Assembly: GCA_965235115.1 (NCBI GenBank)
Contig: OZ249438.1
Location: 33,108,001 to 33,172,000 of the forward strand
DNA length: 64,000 nt
From: Laetmonice hystrix
Taxonomy: Eukaryota
Direction of reading: 5' to 3'
Shown here: positions 50,501 to 62,500 of the stretch, piece by piece
Position numbering within the stretch: the stretch's first letter is position 1
Layout: each line of letters starts with the position of its first letter
Made by a program: the position numbers and the translations under genes
Notes under the pieces: generated by a model
The model's input: the letters and a program-made list of their open reading frames with translations, nothing else
Told to the model about the DNA's origin: nothing
Databases searched by the model: none

Positions 50501-53500
50501 TGGCATTCGACTGTGCTGCAGTGGTGTACCGGTCCTGTGGTGGCATCCGATTCTCATTAGGTACAAAACTAAGCTGCCACACAACAAACTCGAACGTCAC
50601 CGTACTGAAAGAATCAATACAGTGGGCAGTTGTTTCTACATCTCAACCCAAACCTGTGCCGCCTGTCCCAGACCAGTGTGCCTGCTACCAGTCAGTCCTG
50701 CTAGCTCAGGTCTCTGCCGTACAGACGATCAACATATTTAATGAGCTTTTACCGCATTATGACTGCAGTCAGTCTTGGCTGTGCAGCAGTAGGGGCTCTC
50801 GGCAGCATTTGTTCGAGCCTGTCCCGGCCGAGTGCCACTGTGACAACCACTGAACTGGCAGAGATCGCGACGACGGTCAAATCGCATAAGCTATCATTGC
50901 CTTTTTTTATGTGTTGTGTATACAAGCGATGCCATATAGCGCACTTTTTTAGGCAGTACGTTACGAGCGTTGCACACTGTCAAAAACATACCTTCTCCAT
51001 TACACAGCGGAAAAATAAAACACTTTTTAATATTCACTCTCAACATCAGAACTTGGTGGTTCAAAATTGGCTATTTACTCTGCTCCTTCGTGATAGTTAT
51101 AGCTAGGGAGACGGCTTTATTCCAGGATCAACAAATTCTATGTGTTTATTATACAAGAAGTACAATGCGTGCATAGAAAATAATTAAAAAAAAATAACAC
51201 TATTACTAGAAAATTACTTTAACGCTAATGCTGTCATCTTAATACTGGTGTTAAAAAAAACCTCTCATGGTCGAGAAATTTCACTTTGAATGTTGATATA
51301 CGAGGAAAATACATTACCGGGCCATGAAAATGTAGACTTTATCATTTAATACACATGTGCCCTGGGCCAATGTGTCTCTCTTTCCATAACTAGTTGATAC
51401 ACATGTGCACTTAATTATCTAGTCTCTTTTTCCATACCTAGTGAATCGCCATGAGGTAAGCATCTACGGGATGTAAATGGAGACTCGTTTATTTTACGAA
51501 AGAATATCGCCCAATACGTCGGTTCAGTCTCCAAGCCATGCGAGGCCGACTACAATACGCCAGTAGATAATACAAAGATGGATGGCCACGGTGCCGGTGG
51601 TGGCCAGCCATGCAGCACCCCTGCTGACAGGCCTGGCCTCCATTCCCACTCAGCTGTAAACCATCTCACATCACAGGCAGCCTGGTTTAGAACTCTGGCT
51701 TTGATCCAAACACCTGCTTGATCCAAACAACCTGCCTTAATCCAAACACGCCCTGATCCCTCCTCCCCTCTAACATGATCAGGCGGAGGTGTCAAGCTCG
51801 GCCCAAACCACCAAGTCATCCACCACCACATCTCCATGGCCACTTAGGGAGGAAGTTACTTCAATGGGACCATACATTCTGAACCTGATCATGATACGTG
51901 TGAGTGTGACACAGGCTTTAATGCACTCCCGACATCAATTGTTATTAAATAGGGAGGACAAATGACATTAAAGCCGAGGGGCTGGGTGGTGCTTGCCGTG
52001 ACCATTGGGCATTAGTGGTTGCAATCAGAAGTCGTGGTTTTACCTCACTGCACACCATTCCGTGGTGCAGCCATCACCATGGCGACAACATCCATCATAA
52101 TCACCGGCACAGTGTACGACATGATCACCCAACGCCAACACTGCTATTTATAGCTGCCACATCCCCATATAATGGCCCCGACAATAGCTATACTCTGCCT
52201 TTCAATTTATGAGATAGATTACCGAAGTGAAACAGCCTCAACATTCTCATGGCTCTGAGGAGGGATGCAAAGTATGGACAAAAGTGACACGATAGCGTAT
52301 ATCGACTTCTCTTAGTACTGATTAGAATTTCAATATGAAAAGTAAGGTACTCAAACGTTTCAAAACTGTCTAAATTATTCAACAGCTTTCGATATTCCTT
52401 TTCTGTGCCGGATAGAGTAGCCTGAAGATTTCTAATAGTGAAACCCGGTACTGATAGAATGGTTAGCAAACAGCGGCCCAGCTACATGACTAGCTAGAAA
52501 TGTTTCACATGGATCCATTGTGTTATCCACTAGTGCCACTGATCCACCAGGAGCTGGCCACAACGCGCCCACCCCCGGCTATTATCAAGGTTACCTCAGG
52601 ATTTCCTATTAAGTTACAATCCCCCTCTGTGCGTGTATAGAGTACCAGTAAACTAACCACACAATACCCACCAGACCCCGTCTGGTCCTCCACCATTGCC
52701 AGCCTAAGGAGGAGGAGGGGGCTCTCCTCGACCTGGACCTATCAACGCACTCACACAAACTCTCAGCCAGTTTGCCCCCCGGCTCGAGTTGAGGGTCTTT
52801 CAGCCCAGTGCGCCACCAAGTGCCCTCATATACTTCTAGTCTCGTTGGTCGGACTAGGTCCTGTTGGTGGTTGGACCCAATGTGGTATGCAATCCAAGTT
52901 CGTGATTACCAAACGGTAACGAAGCGTGCAAGCCTGCTTGGCAACCTGCTTGCATAACACCTTCTCTGCGTCCAACTGAGCTGTGGTCATGTCGAAGCAG
53001 CTGCACGTCATACCCAATTCCCAATTTTTATGGTACATGATTTCTGTAACGGCACCGTCTGCACCATGAGTGTGTACTATTATAGATCTGTGCATCTTAC
53101 AGTGAAATGTCGGGTTCAGAAGTACACGAAGAGAAGCAGATATATAAGGACACTTTAATCGCTGGGAACTAGGTCCTTCGGTGCGAACCAGCTGCACACT
53201 ATGAAGTAGGAAGGTTGTCATGGCAACCCATCCGATGGTGGGGTACAGGTATCTGTTAAGTGAGACTGGCTGACCCAGCTCCAGCCTGCTGCCTTATGTT
53301 AGGTGAAGACAGGTATGAACCCCCTAACGAGCTGCCAACCCCTCACTTTTATTTCTGACCCCAAGAGGGCCATCGCTGGTCTACCAGCGGTGCAGCAAAT
53401 TCCAGTGCCTTCCTACCGTCATCTATCTCCATTCCGGGATATCAAACGCGGTCAATTAAAGCCATTACAGTGCAATAATTCCACGTGGGGAATTCATCGT

Positions 53501-56500
53501 TGATAAACACGTCAAGTCCACTAAATGATTCACCTCTCATTGCTTCCAGTGGATATTCCCTGGGTATTTTCTCTGTAATTGGGCCGGGAGGGGGTGGGGA
53601 CTTGCGTTCGTATTTATAAAAGTGAGTAATCTCTACACAAATAACATTCCAAGTATACCATAAGTTCACATCTAAATTAACCCTTTCAGACCACTCCAGT
53701 CATCTACAAAAGTTGAGATTTGGGGTTGCAATCGGAGTGACTCACCAGGCGTTCTCCCGAAAGCACCTCGAGCAGTTTGATGAGCATCTTGCCATCGCGC
53801 AGGTCGACGTACAGGTCCTGGATGCGGCAGCCGACGCGTGCCAAGTGACTGTTCACCCATTTGGTGAAAGTCTTCTTCTGCACGCTCTCACGTTCATCTG
53901 AAAACACCAATACGTATGTTACAACTCGACAAGGTACAACCTTACAATAAAACTTCACATGTTCACAAACAGAGGGTTAATTTTACCAAAGAACCACCCT
54001 AACGTTACTTTTTACAACACGTACGTGACTACAAACTTGCATATTGATTGGTCACGTCTAGCCTTTCCAACACACACACAAAAACAAATTCATTTCCGAC
54101 GACATTAATTCCGACGACAATAATATCACAGTATGAAGTGTCGGATGACCCTTCTCCTCAGGGACCAATAAATGTGATGTCATAGTGATATATTACCGTA
54201 CAAACCTGGGAATGTACGTCATCCGTCAGCAATATATTGATCCATGTTATGATCACACTGCCAACTTAGGACGGCAGTTCCCTTCGTTCATCATAATTAC
54301 TTCTACAGTATAACACTTGATACGATCCTAAATACGATGCTGCCACATCTCAACATTATAATCTTGCTTGGCCACCGACACTGTATCGGCCATATATGTG
54401 CCTCAACCATTTCAATGTCTGGAACATTGTAATATGAACACATTAGTGTCGAGGCATATTCTTGCCAGCTAGGGGAACGAGTCGGTCTACTTATGCATCC
54501 AGACACTATGTCTGAGCACCTCTATGTTATCTGTGGCCTTCTGCTCACAGCTCCCCACTGACACCAGTACCAGTCCCAATCCGAAGTCTCAATCGATATT
54601 AACGTCTGACCTGCCTGACTCCTTGCCAAGCTTCCCCTCACAAAGATGCCTTGGTTCCTTTCTACATTTATTGACAAAGCTAAAACTAGAACTGTAAATC
54701 AGACATTGCTACTTTCGGGCCTGATTTCGCCTGCTTCTGTCCACGGCACTTCTATATCCTTGCTGCTGAATTCCCATCTTAACTACTACTACCAATTTGG
54801 CGGGACTACCCCCGATGTACTCACAATACACCGTCTTCACCTTGTAGAGAAGACCAAAAATACCCATACTGATGCATGAAGTGGTTCTCAAGATGAAAGA
54901 ATTGAATGATCTGAGCATGACTGTGATCATTCCACGGGGCCCAGCCCTGTGTTTCCATTGAACCCACTATATCACCGATTTCTTCACCCGTGAAAGGAAG
55001 TGGAAGCCCACGCCAAAAGATCAAACGCTCAATCACATAGTTGCTTGGAATATGGCCTTTGACAAACTACTAACCCCTAATTATGATTGCGGTCTGTTCG
55101 CAGGTTTTTCTTAAAATCCATCATTCTTTATTGTAGTACTAAGCCTAAGGACTGGAGCTAATTATTTACGCATGTTGTTCCCAAGGTTTTCTTTATGTTC
55201 AAACTCCCCAAGTGTTAGTCTCTTCAAGGAGAATGGGAGGATGAAGAGGCGACAGCTTGGGTGAGTCCTATCTGAACTCAGACCTGTATTTGTACTGTCG
55301 TCTGTAAGTCTAACCTCCCCGTGTCCTTGACACGAGCCTTTGGTCGTGTGCAGCCGGCAGTAATGGCCCAGACTGGCTGACCCGCCCACAGACCTGTGCC
55401 TGTCACACGCACTCGGCTCAAGCATCGAGTGGTGCACTGGGATCACCCAGTCTGGAGCCCAGTCCCTGGTTCTCCACCATTCGCCCCAGCAGAGTGGACC
55501 TGCCGGCCTGCAGGGCCCGCCTCCTGCTGGCCAAGCACGCCTCGCAACTTCCGCACACTCCTCACGACATGCAGACTGCCAGTAGTCACGGAAATGATGA
55601 TACATGTTCATGTAGACAGACTGACGCAACCAGAGAGCGACAAGGATGGAGTGCTTCTGAACCAGTGCCACGGTTCCTCAGACTACAGAGAATGTCTCAA
55701 GTGATGGGCAGCGTTAATCTTTAGAAAATGTGATTTATAGAGGAATGCCTACGGTCCTCTGCCAACTGTCACTGGGTCCTGTGCTTTTAATCCATCAAAA
55801 TCAGAAGGCCTTCCTTGCCAGTCGATGGTGCTCATGTTCTGTCCCTCCGTCACTGGCAGTGAACAATCTAGTCTAGGTTCACCCAGTAGCAGATCAAAAG
55901 CATCCAGGTCCCATGGACATTTTCTTGTCTTAAGGTGCAAGCAGCACTGATCACAATAAATCCTTATCATCTATACTAACTACTCTAACCATATTGTTCT
56001 CCTCCCGAATCTCCCTACTAATCACAGATACCCTCTCAGATACGGGAGCCAGCCTGAACATTTAATACTGACTCTGTATGTTCAGCAATTTATTAACCGA
56101 CCTGCTACAACACATAAGGAAGTCTTTCTCACTGGAGCTGAATGAATTTATATACATGACGTGGAACACTTACGAACTAGTATTGAAACTTCATTCTCTA
56201 GAGTAAGAAAAAGACACAAGAGCCTGGAATATCATGATGCTTATATACAATCATGTACTATCCCGAGCATTCCGGCTGAAACTGCGAAACTGTCCCTTGA
56301 ATACTCTTGGCAGAACTTACTGGTCTTAGTCCACCTGGAGGAGGGCCAGCTGAACGACTTTGTGACAACAAGCTAACAGAACTCGGCGGCATGCTCACTG
56401 ACTCTATCTACGAATGGAGCTGGTAGGATCGAGGCCAACCTGGCCGTTAAGTTCATGGTTATACTGTTAGAGAGCTCTCAGCCATACATCGAGTGACACC

Positions 56501-59500
56501 ATCGTGATAATCAACTATTAGTCAGACTGGCAAACTTCCTCTATAATGGTTAATAAACCCCAATCCCTCTACCTGGACCGAGTTGCGATTAAAGCTACCT
56601 ACAGCCTTCTTAACAACTTAACAAGTTTACAAGTAACCATTCGAGGTCCCCCGCCAGCTGCAACGACAACACGAGCTTCAAAGGGTTGAACTGATGCCAA
56701 ATCTATAACTATAAGCTTGGCATAGCAACTACTGGAAATCTGCCTTTACAATGTAATCAAGATTCAACCTTGGGACTTCGGAACTACTGCCAACGAGCGT
56801 ACTGAGATATGAGCCCACTCTAAACCTAGAGGTGCTGGTTCAGGTAAATAGCACTAGCCATAATGTTGATCCCTTACAAAAATCATCGAGAAAATAATGG
56901 GTGTTATATATGAACTTTTCCTGAACTGGGATTTATCCTGATAATTTTACTGAGAATCAAACCAGGAATTCTCCATAATACGCCGACATCAGGTACGTGT
57001 ACCGGCCCATCTGGCCGGTACATGGCGGCCATGACTGGCAGTGCCCGCCAACCTCCAGACACGGGTATACCTGTCGATGACCTTCACCTGTTGACCCCCA
57101 CCTGCTGGCCTACTCGTACCTGCAAGGTTTCGGATCCGCTGCAGAACCACCTGGTCGCCGGGTTCTATGTAAAACTGCCGATTCTCGTTGATCACTTTCC
57201 AACTCATCTGCTGCTTTCCGCTGCTCTCCTCCCCTTCCGGCCCCGTCCCGTTCTGTACGAGGTTCTCTGAGCTCGAACTGTTCCCATTTTCATCTTCCTT
57301 GTATTCGAGTTCCTTTGTCCCATAAGAATACACTTTATTCTTCCACGCATCCATTGTCAGTCTCTGACGGCTTTACTTCTGTACAGGTTACCGAGGTAGC
57401 TTGAAGAAATCCACTTAAATCCAGAGGTTCCCAGGCAAGTTCTTACAAAGGAAGCAGTGACCAGCAGGCAGTTGGGCGATCAGCGCCATACTCAGTAGCT
57501 GTGACCTAGTGTCTGTCCACGTTATCTCCTCTAGTAACCGGACTTTGACCGGGCACTATTTGAGCTCATTGATAACTGATTGGACAACTGTCCCACTGAA
57601 CCCCAAATACACTTGGCTACTGATTCGGAATAATTTTTAATGTGGAAAGAAGCTCCTAACGGTTAATACTTTCCGTTTCAGATGTTGAACGGAATAAGTT
57701 TCTAATTGGGGGTAAACTTCACCCACAGAGCCCTCCTCTTCAGGTACTTAGGTCGTTGTTTTCGACCTAGTAACCGATTCACTTCTATGTTAAATTATCG
57801 TTGTTTTCGACCTAGCAACTGATTCACTTCTATGTTAAATTATCGTTGTTTTAGACCTAGCAACCCATTCACTTCTATGTTAAATTATCGACGTCGTTAT
57901 TATCGACGTTATTATTGAAAGATTATCAGACTGCCGTCCTATAAATCTGGGCCAGGAAACTTTGCAAAGACAATCGAGGTGGTGTGACCTAACTGCCCTC
58001 CCCCCGCCCCCCGCCCCCCCCCCCCCCCCCAAAAAAAAAAAGAAAAAAAAAAAAAAGAGTCGCCATTCACATTTCTGGGCAGTGCTGTGGGAGGGGGGTT
58101 GTAAATTGGTAAAGTACAGGCCCAGGGATCCCAGACCGATTACTGCCACCGTCCTGGGGTAATTTGTGGGGTAATTGGGTCCGCAGTGGCCAAGGTCACG
58201 AGCGAGTCCGGCAACCGACATTGAAATTAACCTCCCATTTACTATTTATCCGGCCATGAACTTCAGTCTCAGTTACGATAGTACAACCTGTGAAAGCTTT
58301 CTCAATTACACCAAATACCTGGCCTGCAAATTATTACATCCACTAAGTTTCGAAAACGTTCTACATTTCTAGATGGTGGTTTTCAATGGTCTGGACATTT
58401 CTATCCACGTAATATGTCAACTTTCTTGGCGTCCAGAACAGTGTTACAGTGATATTGTTAGTGGCACGGGTCATATTGCGCATGTGTTTCATATGTCTGT
58501 TCTAACAACTTCATGTGCCGTAGAGGCACAAAACACCCAGTTACTTTGTTCTCAATATACGGCCCACAGACGTAATTATTTCCATACATTGTGTAACATT
58601 CATTCGGGTTTGTCCATTTTTTCCAAATGTAGAGACTCATGAAAGAGTTGTATGTGGTTAAAAATGTGGTATTCTCCAACCAAATGAGTCACGGACGATT
58701 CTTAATGAAACCATGACGTAAAAAATATTAAAGTCATATCTCCCACAGCAAGTCCCCGTGTAGTTTCACTGACTTTATTAGAAATTTAGTATTCATTCCA
58801 CTCTTCAGGAAGTCTAGTGCTAAGAAATCGTTATTTTTGAACGTTTAACTGAATGTCTGGATTTCAAGGAGCGTCTGGGCTGATAATGATATTCTGACTA
58901 TGAGTCACACTCATCACCACAGGGACCTTTTGTAGCAAATCATGGGATCTAGCGTCTGCTTGGTGACCAGTGGTCCCCTACATGGAATATTGGTCAACAC
59001 AATGGCACCGCCTACAGCACACGGCCACCTCATCTGTCATCTATCAAAATAATACTGACATGATGGAACTAGATCAACTATCACACTCACACGTCTTACT
59101 GTTTATATAGTTGCTAGACTCGCTTCAATGTTACACAGTAATCTGGTGTGGGTGTGCCACCTACCACCACATCAACCTCGAGCGTTTTCCGACTACAAAT
59201 TCTCAGCTCATCCCAATTTTTGTAGTCAACTCGAAACGGGAGATGATTTCTTTGATATGTATGTAAACTGGGCACAGAAATGTTTATAGTGAAATTATTA
59301 AACGTTATGTAAGGCGATTAGCAATTGTAGCAGTTTTGTACAGACTTTCTCCTTCGTTTTACCAGTACCACATCCAATTAATGAATACCATCACTGATAG
59401 TATGCAGGACTTGGCTGTGGTAGCCAGAGGTTCTTCACCTCTTTCATGTCCGATTGTCATCCTAAACATTATAGATCTATATGCTTGCCGTTGGTGTTGT

Positions 59501-62500
59501 ATCTTTCTCTTCCCACCCTTCTTCCTATAATCATAATGCAATACTGGCGGAATATAGCATGACCCTCTTTTCGACCAAAGGTCGGCAAGAATGGAAATTG
59601 GTCCATGCAAGCTATTTCTATTATGAGGACGATTGGTTTTTGCCAATTGCATTGTTTAATTTCTTATAATAGTCTGACATTTAATTTCTAATCATTTTTC
59701 TTCTTCTCTTTTTATACCATGTTGAATGAAGCCTACCGCGGCCAGGTCTCTTGGTCTGCTGTACCAACAGACTTTAGTGAACAGACCCTTGGAGTCTTGT
59801 TGATGTTCCCACGATGAACACAGACACCCTTGTGTAAGCCACCCGCAGAAGGCTGTATGCATAACCCGCCTTCTTTTTTAACCCGCCTCTTTACAACATT
59901 AAAACATGCCATCATGATTTGTGACTGGTCTTTACAGGCGTCCGCACCCTTCCCTCGTTCCCTTGTAGTTTTGGTTACTTAGTCCAATGAAAGAGTAAAT
60001 TATGATTAAATTCCTGTCCTTGCATACATCTGAATAGAAATAAAGACAACAGAGGTGACAAGATGAAATGTTGACCTAGGAAACAAAATTAGGTAAGGTA
60101 GTCTTGACGAGACGTGTACTACTGCAGGTCACATGTAGTATGTGTGTCGGTAGGTCTGTATGCTCACGACAAACACATAAAGTGTGTGAGAAATTGCCAG
60201 AAAGTCTCAGTTCAGCAAACAAGATAACACCTTGAATGTTTGCCGTGGATCGGTAACCAAATTTTGAAACGCCCTTCGACCCGGTACAAGCAACAGACAG
60301 ACAGGGCGATCGCTGTTCCCTTTGTCAACTGCAATGGGTCATTGCTCAAGGTCGCGATCATAACAATTGGTTACACCTATTATGTATTGGATCACGCTCT
60401 ATCTGAGAATACAACCTGGATTATATAAGACCTATACCATGTGACATGGCATGGCTTTAATACATTGATGAATACTAGTTTTGGGTGGTGATATTTTTAT
60501 CAAAGTATTAGTAATAGTAGTATGACTACAAACCGAGAGGGTGGGAAAAATGATCAATGCCGGGGTGGGGCGGAGAATACCCTCTGGGGTACGTGGCCGT
60601 TTGATCGTTCTCTCACATGCAACCCACCCCCATCTCCGAGTACAGGGGGGGGGGGGAGCCTGGCCGTACCAAACGGACTGGACGGATTTGTCGGTATACG
60701 TTTCCAGCTACGTACAATAGCCGAGTGGTTTTTTTTCCTGAATAAAGATGATTTACAAAAATATCCTTCAGATGAAAAGGCGAGTGGGGATTTTCACACT
60801 TTCAGGATGTCTTTGACCAGAATCTGGTCCTAACTGGTCCAGAATATCAGGGAGCCCTGAAGGAGTGCCCATAGTTTGGTCAGCGTGATGGGTCAGTGCG
60901 TTAAATACCACCACCTAGGTCCACCAGGCCGACTAAATGTTAATGGGGCACGGTTATACAGGTCTGCACAGCGCCTGCTACTGCTGTGCACGTGACTGAC
61001 AGTCACATTCTCAGACATCATGTGGCCCTCATGTTGAATCAATCAGTCTCTTCCGTTGGAAACTTACAGACCAGTCGCCCCTGCTGCCATTTGGCCCAGG
61101 CAAACCACCTACGTTGGGCTTTCCCTGCTGTCTGTGAATCACAGTACCAGTATAAATATGTGCCTTGTTATGGCGTCAGCAGATGGTCCAATAAACACAC
61201 TCTGACACAGGTTTTCTGCCTACCGGTAAGGTAATTTATAAACAGCACCCCCCCCCCCCTCCCAAAGAAACTCATTATTTCTTACAGCCTACATATCGGA
61301 CCTCAGACTGTGAATTCTGTCTGTGCCAATATTTAGAGTACACTGATTACAGTAAGGTACCAGTGCCAACAGCGGATGGTAGTTCCATCAGACTAACCTA
61401 TGCCGTATTGACCTGGACCGCAAGGATTATATGATACTGGATTCTGTATGACCCCCGGCTACCAGCAGGGCCTCTCCTGTCCCTCTGGCCTCTTGACCGA
61501 TCCCCCCCCCCCCTTTATCTCCGGTGACCCACTATAACTAGCCGACTCCCGAAATTATTACCTTGGGCTGGGTGGGGAAATGTGAAGGCCGACCAGGTCA
61601 TGTCCGGAAATTGAAAAGGTTCAAAGTTCCTCAAGATTCCAAGGACCCATTTCCACTTGACCACCCTCAAAATGTTACATTGTAAGATCCTACAAACTTA
61701 TGAACCTCAGGTCGAAGTTGTATCACTATCAGGGACTTTTGGAGGATGTGTAATACATGTACATGTATTGCCATTCAACTTTATTCGAACCATACAACGT
61801 TGACTGATCATTTAATGATTAAAACACAATTTCACATTAGGGATATAGCAGGATACATTTTATTACCATCACCATTACTAGATTGCATTCAAAAAGAAGG
61901 ACCACAAACCGAACTGACAGGCATAATTACTGTAATGAAAATAACTGCAAAATGGTGTAATCCAATTAGCTGTATCTGTACGATGTGTTTGATCCTTCGA
62001 CCCTGCCTACTGTTTACCTCACACAAACTCATTATTTCCTCCCATCGTTCTTTGTAGCCATTAATATCATGCTACCAGCAGAATTAACCGAAGCACTCCA
62101 CCTCCCTTTGAGGCTGTGCAGGCCACAGACAGCAGGGACTGGAGAATAGGAGCCGTCAGGATGTTCTTGGGCCAGCCTTTGGCCGTCCTCCACCTCACCA
62201 CCGGTCCAGCTGGTGAATATTCTGGAGCCACGTCCTGTTAGATGCTACATGTGGTTTGATGGCCCTGCAGGCGGCTGTGTGGCCGCTGTGTGGAGGGGCC
62301 TGTACTCGAGGGAGGTTGGCCATAGTCCCTGATCAATTCACTATAATGATTGCTCCGTCCCTTCGGGGGCTGTAGGTCTCATTACGTTAGTGCTGCCCTC
62401 CACCCTCTATACCTACCACGTACTGACTGCCACCAGTCTCGTTGGTTAAACCACAGAACCTCATCCTCCCACCACCTTCACCATCACATCAGTGTTTACA

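Noticed and set aside
52188-52469. ORF containing [14 protein letters not shown], faintly like the LINE reverse-transcriptase FKYLG motif
   Set aside because: Similarity is too short and weak, no other RT motifs are nearby, and there is no phase-0 donor to make it a spectrin exon
55162-55671. 169-aa minus-strand ORF in intron 1
   Set aside because: GC-rich, stop-poor sequence with no domain resemblance and no phase-compatible donor; more likely promoter-like DNA
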